A stretch of DNA of 32,000 bases from Synechococcus elongatus PCC 6301 (GTDB taxonomy: Bacteria; Cyanobacteriota; Cyanobacteriia; Synechococcales; Synechococcaceae). This document shows, piece after piece, positions 1 to 8,751 of the stretch (the first letter of the stretch is position 1; each line of letters opens with the position of its first letter). The notes beneath the pieces were generated by a model. That model saw only the letters and a list, made by a program, of their open reading frames with translations. It had not been told where the DNA came from and ran no database searches. Where the stretch lies: positions 1,620,001 through 1,652,000 of the forward strand of contig NC_006576.1 in assembly GCF_000010065.1 (NCBI RefSeq), given 5' to 3'. The position numbers were made by a program, and so were the translations under genes.

Positions 1-773
1 TTGAACTCCCGCGGAATCAGCTGCCCGTAGTTGGGATATTGGCCATCCAATGTCCGGCTCGTTAGGTACTGGTCGCCCCACTGGAAGACAGTCTGACCTT
101 GGTCATGATAAAGCGCGATCGCCTCGTCACTGCCGCGAATCGCGATCATCCGCTCTAGGTCCCGTAAGGCCCGCGAAGGCACCGTCACAGCAAACTCAGT
201 AGCTGGAGTTGCTGCGGCATTCTCGGTTTTAACCACAGCCAAGCGGTGACCGTCCGTCGCTGCAAACTCTAGGCCATCGGGTTGTACCTTGAGGTGGACG
301 CCCGTCAGGATTTGCTTGGTTTCATCCCCACTAGTCGCAAACAGGGTGCCACGCAGCCCTTCGATCAAAGCGCTGGCGGAGAGTTGTAGAGCTTCTTGGC
401 TCTGAACCAGAGGCAACTCAGGAAATTCATCGGCACTGATCCCCCGCATTTGGTACTGGCCAGACCCCACTGACAGAGTCGCCGCTGCATCGTTGTCTTC
501 CAGCGTGACGTCGCTGTCGTTGGGGAGGCGCGAAACGATATCGTTGAGCAGCTTGGCCGGTAGAGTGATGGCACCGCTCCGTTCGACTTGCGCGGCAAAG
601 CTGGTTTGAATTCCGAGGCTGAGATCAAAGGCGGTTAAGCTCAGTCGTTGAGTACCGGCATCAGCCGCTAGAAGCACGTTGGCAAGCACCGGATGATTCG
701 GGCGGGAAGGTACAGCACGGCTAACGAGCGACAGACTGGTATTCAGTTCGTTTTGGCGACAGACCAACTTCAT
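1..773 (-). CDS. dnaN: DNA polymerase III beta subunit (sliding clamp), N-terminal about 257 codons; the 3' end lies beyond the window start
   Basis: Hand translation of the minus strand from the ATG (complement of 771-773) gives MKLVCRQNELNTSLSLVSRAVPSRPNHPVLANVLLAADAGTQRLSLTAFDLSLGIQ...LTGVHLKVQPDGLEFAATDGHRLAV...TLDGQYPNYGQLIPREF. The frame stays open to position 1. This matches the beta-clamp family. It is absent from the ORF track because the window truncates it. Confidence 0.93.
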   Translation of the reverse strand, partial: MKLVCRQNELNTSLSLVSRAVPSRPNHPVLANVLLAADAGTQRLSLTAFDLSLGIQTSFAAQVERSGAITLPAKLLNDIVSRLPNDSDVTLEDNDAAATLSVGSGQYQMRGISADEFPELPLVQSQEALQLSASALIEGLRGTLFATSGDETKQILTGVHLKVQPDGLEFAATDGHRLAVVKTENAAATPATEFAVTVPSRALRDLERMIAIRGSDEAIALYHDQGQTVFQWGDQYLTSRTLDGQYPNYGQLIPREF

Positions 774-870
774 GGGGGGAGGCTGCCCGAGCCTTTGATC
801 GCAATCTTGCCAAAGCATCGTAGCACTGCTCTTCCACAAGGATTTTTGACGGTGCGATTACTAGATCGGA

Positions 871-892
871 TCTCTTTTTTAATTTTTAGATC
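871..892. other. AT-rich tract, candidate DNA-unwinding element of oriC
   Basis: The sequence tctcttttttaatttttagatc is almost pure A/T in an otherwise GC-rich locus. It is flanked by DnaA-box-like sites at 830-838 and 908-916. Confidence 0.4.
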
Positions 893-907
893 AGTAGTAG
901 TAGGGGC

Positions 908-989
908 TGTGGAAAATGTGGAAAAGATCCTGGAAAGCTTTCATAGCAAGACTTTCAGCGATCGACCCCTGTGGAAAAGCTGTGGAAAA
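908..989 (-). promoter_or_regulatory. Left DnaA-box array (4 perfect boxes, minus-strand orientation)
   Basis: TGTGGAAAA at 908-916, 917-925 (directly abutting the first), 970-978 and 981-989. Confidence 0.85.
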
Positions 990-1009
990 ACTAAGAGGGT
1001 TTTCCACAG

Positions 1010-1094
1010 GGGGGATCAAGGGGGGTTCCTTTCTCCACAGACTGAAGGGGTTTTCCACAAGAAATCCACAGGTTTTTCCACAGAGTTATCCACA
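1010..1094 (+). promoter_or_regulatory. Right DnaA-box array (6 boxes, plus-strand orientation)
   Basis: TTTTCCACA at 1010-1018, 1051-1059 and 1074-1082. TTCTCCACA at 1031-1039, AAATCCACA at 1062-1070 and TTATCCACA at 1086-1094. Start-to-start spacings are 21, 20, 11, 12 and 12 nt, roughly helical phasing. Confidence 0.85.
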
Positions 1095-1098
1095 GACT

Positions 1099-1737
1099 TT
1101 GCAGGCGATTATTTTTGATTTTGATGGAACTTTAGTAGATTCTCTGCCTACTGTAGTTGCAATCGCTAATGCTCATGCCCCGGATTTTGGTTATGACCCG
1201 ATCGATGAGCGTGACTATGCGCAACTGCGTCAGTGGTCTTCCCGCACGATCGTGCGGCGTGCGGGTCTGTCACCTTGGCAGCAGGCGCGGTTACTCCAAC
1301 GGGTGCAACGCCAGCTAGGGGATTGTCTACCGGCGCTGCAGCTCTTTCCTGGGGTTGCAGACCTCTTGGCTCAACTGCGATCGCGATCGCTCTGTCTTGG
1401 GATTCTTAGCTCCAACAGTCGGCAGAACATCGAAGCCTTTTTGCAACGACAAGGTCTGCGATCGCTGTTCTCTGTCGTTCAAGCTGGAACGCCCATTTTG
1501 AGTAAGCGTCGGGCTCTCAGTCAGTTGGTGGCTCGCGAGGGCTGGCAGCCAGCAGCTGTGATGTATGTCGGCGATGAAACCCGCGATGTGGAAGCTGCTC
1601 GTCAGGTGGGTCTGATTGCTGTGGCCGTGACTTGGGGCTTTAACGATCGCCAAAGCCTGGTCGCGGCCTGTCCTGATTGGCTACTAGAAACTCCCTCAGA
1701 CCTATTGCAAGCTGTGACGCAACTGATGCGACAGTAG
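1099..1737 (+). CDS. HAD-superfamily hydrolase, phosphoglycolate phosphatase-like
   Basis: HAD motif I (IIFDFDGTLVDS) lies right at the proposed N-terminus, with a later LSSN motif and a C-terminal GD..RD motif. The track ORF starts at ATG 916, but that extension translates the DnaA boxes. The in-frame TTG at 1099 gives M-QAIIFDFDGTL, the usual HAD N-terminus. The start codon is uncertain; the reading frame and stop are firm. Confidence 0.78.
   Translation: MQAIIFDFDGTLVDSLPTVVAIANAHAPDFGYDPIDERDYAQLRQWSSRTIVRRAGLSPWQQARLLQRVQRQLGDCLPALQLFPGVADLLAQLRSRSLCLGILSSNSRQNIEAFLQRQGLRSLFSVVQAGTPILSKRRALSQLVAREGWQPAAVMYVGDETRDVEAARQVGLIAVAVTWGFNDRQSLVAACPDWLLETPSDLLQAVTQLMRQ
1377..1390. repeat. Overlapping HIP1 dimer GCGATCGCGATCGC (example of the highly iterated cyanobacterial palindrome)
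   Basis: Exact GCGATCGC at 1377-1384 and 1383-1390. Identical overlapping dimers occur at 13224-13237, 15654-15667 and 26892-26905. Single HIP1 octamers are scattered throughout the window. Confidence 0.9.
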
Positions 1738-1795
1738 GGACGTTGTTGTGGGTGGTGCAGTAAATTGGGCAGGTTGGAAAATGACCAAAAGTTAA

Positions 1796-1824
1796 GTCCT
1801 GATCCTTGGTCAAAGAATCAGGAC
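1796..1824 (-). terminator. Hairpin between convergent genes, probable thrC terminator
   Basis: GTCCTGAT (1796-1803) pairs perfectly with ATCAGGAC (1817-1824) around a 13-nt loop. On the minus strand it is followed by TTAACTTTTGG and lies 34 nt past the thrC stop. Confidence 0.45.
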
Positions 1825-1857
1825 AAAAAGGCGAAGGTTGCGTAGAAGAAATTGGAA

Positions 1858-2958
1858 TTAAAAGCCCATGGTGTGAGCCACGATATCTAAATCAGGCTCA
1901 ATTCCAGCTTTGAAACCTGTGTGGCTAAATTCGATCGCACTGCTGGGATCCTTGAGGCCATTACCAGTCAGAACGCAGACGATCGTAGCGCCGTCTGGGA
2001 TTTCATCTTTGCACTTCAGCATGCCAGCGACGGAAGCTGCACTGGCAGGCTCACAGAAGATACCCTCCTGACCAGCCAGCATGCGATAGGCATCAAGAAT
2101 TTCAGCATCGGTCACTGCATTGAAGGCACCATTACTTTCCTCATGCACTCTGAGGGCACGTTGCCAGTTCGCTGGATTACCAATCCGAATTGCTGTTGCG
2201 ATCGTATCGGGCGATTGCACAATTTCTCCGGTGACTAGAGGCGCTGAACCCGCCGCTTGAAAACCCATCATGCGGGGCAGTTTTTGGCTCAACCCCTTAG
2301 CATGATATTCCTGAAAGCCCATCCAATAGGCACTGATGTTGCCTGCATTGCCCATGGGAATACAGAGCCAATCGGGGGCTTCGCCGAGCACATCAATCAA
2401 CTCAAAGGCAGCTGTTTTTTGCCCTTCTAAACGATAGGGATTGAGCGAGTTAACGAGGGTGACTGGGTACTGGTTAGCGACTTCGCGAACGATTTCGAGA
2501 GCTCGATCGAAGTTGCCTTTGATCGCCAGCACTTCTGCCCCGTAGAGCAGGGCTTGGGCTAGCTTGCCTTGGGCAACAAAACCATCCGGAATCAAGACAA
2601 AAGCACGCAGGCCGCCACGTCTTGCGTAGGCTGCTGCCGCCGCCGAAGTGTTGCCAGTACTGGCGCAGATAACCGCTTTTGCACCCGCTTCTTTGGCCTT
2701 GGTGATCGCCATCGTCATCCCACGATCTTTAAAGCTGCCTGTGGGATTGAGGCCATCATATTTGACGAAAACTTCCACGCCGCGACCAATTTCACGGGCG
2801 ATCGTCGGCACAGGAATCAAGGGCGTATTACCCTCGTGCAGCGTGACGATCGGCGTCGTGTCGGTGACGGGGAGGTAGTCGCGGTAGGCTTCGATCAGTC
2901 CGGGCCAACCGTGGGCACGGCTTTGGGGTTGGGCTTCAGACGGATACGTTGCGGTCAC
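1858..2958 (-). CDS. thrC: Threonine synthase
   Basis: 366-aa ORF with the PLP-lysine motif [24 protein letters not shown] and an overall ThrC-like sequence. Confidence 0.93.
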   Translation of the reverse strand: MTATYPSEAQPQSRAHGWPGLIEAYRDYLPVTDTTPIVTLHEGNTPLIPVPTIAREIGRGVEVFVKYDGLNPTGSFKDRGMTMAITKAKEAGAKAVICASTGNTSAAAAAYARRGGLRAFVLIPDGFVAQGKLAQALLYGAEVLAIKGNFDRALEIVREVANQYPVTLVNSLNPYRLEGQKTAAFELIDVLGEAPDWLCIPMGNAGNISAYWMGFQEYHAKGLSQKLPRMMGFQAAGSAPLVTGEIVQSPDTIATAIRIGNPANWQRALRVHEESNGAFNAVTDAEILDAYRMLAGQEGIFCEPASAASVAGMLKCKDEIPDGATIVCVLTGNGLKDPSSAIEFSHTGFKAGIEPDLDIVAHTMGF

Positions 2959-3028
2959 GAGTACTCTGGATGGGAAGGGTTCGCGATGGCTGCAAGGGAG
3001 CGCGATCGCGCCTCACCCGTGGTAAGCC

Positions 3029-3793
3029 ATGACTCAGTTTACCGTGCTCCCTTCGCTCCTCAATGATGAGACTTCGGCTAGGTTCATGTTGCGTGTTTTA
3101 GTCGCCCATGGCAGTCGCGATCCGCGGTCGGCGATCGCATTGCAGCAATTGGCCACCGACCTCACGCCTCTGCTAGGAACTACGCCCGCGATTGCTTTTT
3201 TGGAAGGCCCTCATCCGCCCCTAGCCGACCAGATTGTGCAGTTGGCTCAGCAGGCTAAAACTCAGGGTGCGATCACGGTTCGGGTTTATCCCCTGTCTCT
3301 GCTGGCAGGCACCCACACCACAGAGGATTTGCCGGCAGCGATCGCCACCGCTCAAACGCAGATCCCTTTGCCCGTTGAACTGCAGCCCGCCTGGGGTGAA
3401 TCGGACAGTCTGCGCAGTCTGCTGCGATCGCAAGTCACCCCCGCAACTGAAACGTGGCTGTTAGCTCATGGCAGTCGTCGCCCTGAAGCCAATCAGCAAA
3501 TTGAACAATTGGCGGCTGAATTCGGCTGGCCTGCAGTGTTTTGTCGAGCAGAACCGCTGCTGAACGATCGCTTGGCTCGCACCCAGCCCCAACGCCTCTT
3601 GCCCTTGTTGCTTTTTCCGGGGCCGATTTACGACAGTGTGCAAGCACTTTGTGAAGCGGCTGATGCCTCTGCTTGCTTGGCACCCCCGCTGAGCCAATGG
3701 CCCCGGTTCTTAGAGGCAATTGCCCAGTGGCTCCAATTTGATCTTGCTATCAGCGATAATCGAGCCTCGACCCCTTCTCGTTTTCCACAGTAG
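3029..3793 (+). CDS. cbiX: CbiX-type sirohydrochlorin chelatase (two tandem CbiX halves)
   Basis: Two repeats of the CbiX signature: LVAHGSRDPRS near the N-terminus and LLAHGSRRPEAN at about residue 145. It lies directly upstream of cobA. An alternative start at ATG 3086 (MLRVLVAHGS) is plausible. Confidence 0.72.
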   Translation: MTQFTVLPSLLNDETSARFMLRVLVAHGSRDPRSAIALQQLATDLTPLLGTTPAIAFLEGPHPPLADQIVQLAQQAKTQGAITVRVYPLSLLAGTHTTEDLPAAIATAQTQIPLPVELQPAWGESDSLRSLLRSQVTPATETWLLAHGSRRPEANQQIEQLAAEFGWPAVFCRAEPLLNDRLARTQPQRLLPLLLFPGPIYDSVQALCEAADASACLAPPLSQWPRFLEAIAQWLQFDLAISDNRASTPSRFPQ

Positions 3794-3835
3794 CCTGGGG
3801 AAATTGGGGAGAAAATCTGCCACTCACCTCCGACA

Positions 3836-4633
3836 TTGACCCTGATTTCTTCTGTTACAAAAGGCAAAGTTTATCTAGTGGGTGCTGGCCCTGGCGATCC
3901 GGGTCTGTTGACCTTGCGAGGCAAAGCATTACTAGAAGCTGCTGAGGTGGTTGTTTATGACGCCTTGGTCAGTGATGCAATCTTGTCTTTAATCAATCCC
4001 AAGGCAGACAAAATTCATGCCGGTAAACGGCGTGGACAACACTCACTGTTGCAAACTGAAACAACCCAGTTACTGATTGAAAAGGCTCAGCAACAAGCGG
4101 TTGTGGTGCGCTTGAAAGGTGGCGACCCGTTTGTGTTTGGTCGGGGGGGTGAGGAGATGGCCGACCTCCAAGCAGCAGGCATTGCAGTGGAGGTGGTTCC
4201 CGGCGTGACGGCAGGGGTGGCGGTGCCAGCCTACGCTGGCATTCCCATTACCCACCGCGATCGCAGTTCCAGCGTCACGTTTGTGACTGGTCATGAAATG
4301 GCGGGCAAGTATCGCCCCAGCATTGCTTGGGAGGCGATTGCCCGGGGCAGCGAAACGATTGTGATCTACATGGGCCTGCACAATCTGGCTCTGATCATTG
4401 AGCAGTTGCAGACCGCAGGCTTACCCGGCATAACCCCGATCGCCTTGATTCGTTGGGGTACGCGACCGGAGCAGGAAGAACTGTTTGCCACGCTAGAAAC
4501 CGTTGTGGCAGCCGTTGCCGAACGTCAATTTCAAGCACCCGCGATCGCGGTCATCGGTCAGGTTGTCAGCCTGAGTCCGTTGCTGCCGCCGACAATGATG
4601 ACAGCGAGCGATCGCGGACTACCGACGGCCTAA
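3836..4633 (+). CDS. cobA: Uroporphyrinogen-III C-methyltransferase (SUMT)
   Basis: VYLVGAGPGDPGLLTLRG, VVRLKGGDPFVFGRGGEE and VVPGVTA motifs of the tetrapyrrole methylase family. Only a TTG start (3836) is available upstream of the conserved N-terminus. Confidence 0.88.
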   Translation: MTLISSVTKGKVYLVGAGPGDPGLLTLRGKALLEAAEVVVYDALVSDAILSLINPKADKIHAGKRRGQHSLLQTETTQLLIEKAQQQAVVVRLKGGDPFVFGRGGEEMADLQAAGIAVEVVPGVTAGVAVPAYAGIPITHRDRSSSVTFVTGHEMAGKYRPSIAWEAIARGSETIVIYMGLHNLALIIEQLQTAGLPGITPIALIRWGTRPEQEELFATLETVVAAVAERQFQAPAIAVIGQVVSLSPLLPPTMMTASDRGLPTA

Positions 4634-5166
4634 TTACTGCCGCCCGACCCGAGTGATCGAATCAGCGCTTCAAGGTCGCCGACTTGAGCAATCAACCCCA
4701 GTAGCGAATCCACATTGACCCGCATGTTGGTGGGATAGTTCTCTAGCAGTTCAACGGGAGAAATTTGACCATCCTTCGACAAGGAAAGCAGAATGGCGGC
4801 TCGCAGTGCTTGGCGTCCATCCTGGTTAGAAACCCGTGGAGCGACGATTGTCCCAGCGCGATCGAGTAGGCCTGTCCCTAGGCTGCTGTAGAGCAGATCG
4901 CTGGCCTGGACAAGGCTAAAGGGAAAGCTGAGATTCAGAAACCGCTGTAGCTGTTGGGGATCCTGATTGCCAAGCTTCAAAATGGTGCCGAGAAATCCCC
5001 GGGCTTCGCCGGTCTCTGCTAGGTGTTTCAGGTCTGCGACATCAATGGATCGGTTCCAAGGACCGTAGATGAGCGTTACGGTTTCTGCAGCCTTTCCGGG
5101 AATGGCACTGGCGAACAGTACAGCGAGACCCGAGAGAACAGCAGTGAGCGAGCGGCGCATGGGCAA
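4630..5166 (-). CDS. Secreted hypothetical protein (possibly a DUF1400-type cyanobacterial domain)
   Basis: 178-aa ORF with a clear signal peptide (MPMRRSLTAVLSGLAVLFASAIPGKA/AE). The family assignment is from memory only. Confidence 0.6.
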   Translation of the reverse strand: MPMRRSLTAVLSGLAVLFASAIPGKAAETVTLIYGPWNRSIDVADLKHLAETGEARGFLGTILKLGNQDPQQLQRFLNLSFPFSLVQASDLLYSSLGTGLLDRAGTIVAPRVSNQDGRQALRAAILLSLSKDGQISPVELLENYPTNMRVNVDSLLGLIAQVGDLEALIRSLGSGGSN

Positions 5167-5361
5167 AACTCACGAAAGCTTAGACGTAGTGTGCCATCGC
5201 TCTCCAGAAAACTCTGTATCCTGTCGGAAATTGCAGTAAATCAACGCTTCTGGGGCGATCGCGGCTTTTCTGTTCTCTGTTATGCCCCTGCAAAACAGCG
5301 CAGAACCAATTGATCGCCACCAACTGAGGAGGCGATCGCCGAGGGCATAGAGCGTAGGTAT

Positions 5362-5682
5362 TTAGGGCGCTGGTGTAAAAGAATTGCCCGTATTGCGCTG
5401 GCGCACTTGCTCTAGCTGCTGCCGACGGAATTGAGCGGCTTCACGGTCAATATTTTGGCTTTGCTCTTGCAGCGACCAATTAGGATTGCCATCCGCCGCT
5501 TGTTGGAGTCGCTGAAAGATGCTGAAGGCATCGGTGGGCTGACGACTGGCAGGATTACTTGGATCGTTGTTGGGTGTAAATGTGGTGCCGCTGCCAACGG
5601 GAGCAAACTGCGCCTGAGCAAAGGGAGCAACGCAGAGGCCAAGGCAACCGCCAAGGAGAAGAGAGGCTAGCGATCGCTTCAT
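5362..5682 (-). CDS. Small secreted hypothetical protein
   Basis: Internal ATG (complement of 5680-5682) gives MKRSLASLLLGGCLGLCVAPFAQAQ, a signal peptide, followed by a Gln/Asn-rich mature part. The longer track ORF (to 5808) would overlap the xthA start and has no signal-peptide logic. Confidence 0.5.
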   Translation of the reverse strand: MKRSLASLLLGGCLGLCVAPFAQAQFAPVGSGTTFTPNNDPSNPASRQPTDAFSIFQRLQQAADGNPNWSLQEQSQNIDREAAQFRRQQLEQVRQRNTGNSFTPAP

Positions 5683-5782
5683 AACCGTTAAGAATGAGTC
5701 GGATGACGCTCTTATCCTAGCGGACGCAGGGATCCATGAACCGCGATAGATTGGGCTGCGTCCTGCTTCTGTCTCGATCGCT

Positions 5783-6580
5783 ATGCGTATTGCCACCTGG
5801 AACGTCAATTCGGTTCGCAGTCGTCTCGAACATCTCCAGCGTTGGCTAACGGATCAGACCCTTGATATCGTCTGCCTCCAAGAAACAAAGGTAGTGGATG
5901 AGCAGTTTCCCTTGGAGCCTCTGCAAGCTCTGGGCTATCACTGCGCGATCGCGGGTCAAAAGTCTTACAACGGTGTGGCGATTCTTAGTCGACAACCCCT
6001 CGCAGATGTGCAAATTGGTTTTGGTGCCGTTTTGGGAGCAGAAGCCGTCGGGGATTTAGATGAGCAAAAGCGTGTGATTTCTGGCCGATCTGGGGATTTA
6101 CGGATTATCAATCTCTACGTGCCGAATGGCTCAGAACTTGGCAGCGAGAAGTATGACTACAAGCTGCGCTGGCTGACCTGCCTGCAGCAATACTTGACGG
6201 TCTTGGGCGATCGCGAAAGCCAAATCCATATCTGCGGCGATTTCAATATCGCCCTGGAAGATCGCGATATTTACGATCCAGCGGGCAAAGAAACGCACAT
6301 TATGTCGTCGCCGACAGAACGGGAGGCCTTGCGCCAGTCGGTGCTTTCCCTCGGCTTTGTCGATGCTTTTCGGCTGTTCGAAGCCGGTGCGGATCAGTTT
6401 AGCTGGTGGGACTACCGCACCGGGGCGTTCCGACGCAATCGCGGCTGGCGCATCGATCATCACTACCTCTCGGAGTCAGCCAAGGCACGGGCGATCGCCT
6501 GTCACATCGACCGCGAGCCGCGCACTTGGGAGAAACCCAGCGACCACACCCCTGTGGTTCTCGAACTGGCGGATGAATGA
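5783..6580 (+). CDS. xthA: Exodeoxyribonuclease III (AP endonuclease)
   Basis: MRIATWNVNSVRSRL...CLQETK...NGVAIL...GDFNIA...SDHTPV; full set of EEP/ExoIII motifs. Confidence 0.92.
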   Translation: MRIATWNVNSVRSRLEHLQRWLTDQTLDIVCLQETKVVDEQFPLEPLQALGYHCAIAGQKSYNGVAILSRQPLADVQIGFGAVLGAEAVGDLDEQKRVISGRSGDLRIINLYVPNGSELGSEKYDYKLRWLTCLQQYLTVLGDRESQIHICGDFNIALEDRDIYDPAGKETHIMSSPTEREALRQSVLSLGFVDAFRLFEAGADQFSWWDYRTGAFRRNRGWRIDHHYLSESAKARAIACHIDREPRTWEKPSDHTPVVLELADE

Positions 6581-6666
6581 GGGCTAGCTAGGAGAGGCAA
6601 TCGCGCCGGTAGGATAGAACAGTCGCCCGCCCTTGGTTGAGGCGTCCCTTAATCCTTGTGCCCCTC

Positions 6667-8481
6667 ATGGTTCAATCTGCTCCGTCGACCGAAGCCATTC
6701 AGCTGCCGAAAACTAGCGAGTCTGCGCAACTCAAGCGCATTCGACACACAATGTCGCATGTGATGGCAATGGCCGTCCAAAAGCTATTTCCCAAGGCACA
6801 AGTCACGATTGGCCCTTGGACGGAGACAGGGTTCTACTACGACTTCGATACGCCAGAACCGTTCACCGAAGCCGATCTCAAGGCCATCAAAAAAGAGATG
6901 GTCAAGATCATTCAGCAAAAGCTGCCGGTCGTTCGTGAAGAAGTTAGTCGAGAAGAAGCCCAGCAGCGGATTGAGGCGCTGGGTGAACCCTACAAGCTGG
7001 AGATTCTGCAGGGCTTAACTGAGCCGATCACGCTCTATCACTTAGGCGATCGCTGGTGGGATCTCTGTGCAGGGCCGCACGTTGAGACCACGGCTGAACT
7101 CAATCCCAAGGCCTTTGATCTGGAATCCGTGGCAGGTGCCTACTGGCGCGGTGATGAAACCAAAGCACAACTGCAGCGGATTTATGGCACCGCCTGGGAA
7201 ACGCCAGAGCAATTGACCGAATACAAGCGCCGCAAAGAAGAAGCGCTCAAACGCGATCACCGCAAGCTGGGGCGGGAGTTGGGCCTGTTCCTGTTTGCCG
7301 ATCCCGTCGGCCCCGGCCTGCCCTTGTGGACGCCCAAAGGCACGATTCTGCGATCGACCTTGGAGGATTTCCTCAAGCAGGAACAAATGAAGCGTGGCTA
7401 TCAATCAGTCGTCACGCCCCATTTGGCGAGAGTCGACCTCTTTAAAGTTTCAGGGCACTGGCAAAACTATCGGGAAGATATGTTCCCGATGATGGCTGAG
7501 GATGATGAAGCCCGTGGGCTGGAGCAAGGCTTTGTACTCAAGCCCATGAATTGCCCGTTCCATATTCAGATCTATAAAAATGAACTGCGCTCCTATCGCG
7601 AACTCCCGATTCGTTTAGCGGAATTTGGTACCGTATATCGCTACGAACAATCGGGTGAACTGGGCGGCCTAACGCGTGTGCGCGGCTTTACCGTCGATGA
7701 TTCACACCTCTTTGTTCGCCCCGATCAGCTGGCGTCTGAGTTCTTGAGCGTTGTCGATCTCATTCTGTCTGTCTTCAAGGCGCTCAATCTCAAAAAGTTC
7801 AAGGCTCGCCTCAGTTTCCGCGATCCCGAGTCCGATAAATATATTGGCTCGGATGATGTCTGGGAAAAAGCAGAGTCTGCAATTCAAGCGGCCGCTGAGA
7901 CGCTGGGAATGGACTACTTTATTGGCGTTGGTGAAGCTGCTTTTTATGGTCCAAAACTCGACTTTATTTTTCAAGATGCCCTTGATCGTGAGTGGCAGCT
8001 AGGCACTGTTCAGGTCGACTATAATCTACCGGAACGGTTTGACTTGGAATATGTGGCAGAGGATGGCAGCCGACAGCGTCCTGTGATGATTCATCGTGCA
8101 CCGTTCGGGTCGCTAGAGCGCTTAATTGGCATTCTGATCGAAGAATACGCTGGTGATTTTCCGCTGTGGCTAGCGCCTGAACAAATCCGACTGTTGCCTG
8201 TCACTGAAACGGTTCTTGATTACTGTCAACAGGTTGCTGATCAACTGCGAGCGATCGGTGTTCGAGTGCAGGTCGATTGCAGTGGCGATCGCCTCGGTAA
8301 ACTAATTCGCAATGCTGAGAAGGCCAAGATTCCAGTCATGGCAGTGATTGGTGCTCAAGAGGCAGAGTCAGAAACTCTGAGTATTCGTACAAGAGCGACC
8401 GGTGATCTTGGCAGCCTAACGGTAGCTGATTTAACCAAACGCCTGTCATCTGCGATCGCAGAAAAATTACCGCATCTTTAG
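6667..8481 (+). CDS. thrS: Threonine--tRNA ligase
   Basis: HTMSHVMAMAVQKLFP...GFYYDFD (editing domain), KRDHRKLG, class II motifs (KPMNCPFHIQIY, RVRGFTVDDSHLF, GEAAFYGPKLDF) and a C-terminal anticodon-binding domain. ATG 6667 is preferred over the track's TTG at 6637. Confidence 0.95.
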   Translation: MVQSAPSTEAIQLPKTSESAQLKRIRHTMSHVMAMAVQKLFPKAQVTIGPWTETGFYYDFDTPEPFTEADLKAIKKEMVKIIQQKLPVVREEVSREEAQQRIEALGEPYKLEILQGLTEPITLYHLGDRWWDLCAGPHVETTAELNPKAFDLESVAGAYWRGDETKAQLQRIYGTAWETPEQLTEYKRRKEEALKRDHRKLGRELGLFLFADPVGPGLPLWTPKGTILRSTLEDFLKQEQMKRGYQSVVTPHLARVDLFKVSGHWQNYREDMFPMMAEDDEARGLEQGFVLKPMNCPFHIQIYKNELRSYRELPIRLAEFGTVYRYEQSGELGGLTRVRGFTVDDSHLFVRPDQLASEFLSVVDLILSVFKALNLKKFKARLSFRDPESDKYIGSDDVWEKAESAIQAAAETLGMDYFIGVGEAAFYGPKLDFIFQDALDREWQLGTVQVDYNLPERFDLEYVAEDGSRQRPVMIHRAPFGSLERLIGILIEEYAGDFPLWLAPEQIRLLPVTETVLDYCQQVADQLRAIGVRVQVDCSGDRLGKLIRNAEKAKIPVMAVIGAQEAESETLSIRTRATGDLGSLTVADLTKRLSSAIAEKLPHL

Positions 8482-8751
8482 CAGGTTTGAGAGAGTTGAT
8501 TAGTAGTCACTTGTAAGGAGCTTCTCCAAGGGGTGCTCTCTGCGGCTACGTATTTTCTCATTAGAATCTCGATGTTCCTAGATTGATAATTGAAAGGGGT
8601 GACAGAGAACTGTAGCGAGTTGAGATAACCTAAATCGCGATAAGAACAGTCAAACTTTGTTAAGGGATTATAAATATGTAGAACTGGGTAACACACAATC
8701 TGTCTTAGAGGCTGCACACTGATAACACTAGATTGCCACAGTGTCAAAAGC

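Larger units (their letters stand above)
830..1094. other. oriC: Chromosomal replication origin (oriC): DnaA-box cluster between dnaN and the HAD phosphatase gene
   Basis: Seven perfect copies of the cyanobacterial DnaA box TTTTCCACA: as TGTGGAAAA at 908, 917, 970 and 981, and as TTTTCCACA at 1010, 1051 and 1074. One E. coli-consensus TTATCCACA at 1086. Near-matches are TCTTCCACA (830), TTCTCCACA (1031) and AAATCCACA (1062). The cluster sits immediately upstream of dnaN and has an AT-rich tract at 871-892. Confidence 0.85.

Noticed and set aside
693-1737. Track ORFs 693-1118 (+) and the long form of 916-1737 (+) spanning the dnaN upstream region
   Set aside because: They translate the DnaA-box array, and the repetitive peptides mirror TTTTCCACA/TGTGGAAAA. 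ORF 693-1118 also overlaps the dnaN start in antisense. Only the HAD-domain part from about 1099 looks like real coding sequence.
5312-5343. Hairpin formed by two HIP1-containing segments (GATCGCC ... GGCGATC) downstream of the 5362 gene
   Set aside because: It has a 7-bp stem, a 12-nt loop and no U-tract. Any two nearby HIP1 copies can pair, so this is not specific evidence for a terminator.
6581-6666. T-box or operator-type leader upstream of thrS, and a cobalamin riboswitch upstream of cbiX/cobA (2959-3028, 3794-3835)
   Set aside because: These leaders are only 40-90 nt long. I saw no specifier-loop or T-box motifs and no B12-box, so the space is insufficient for such elements.
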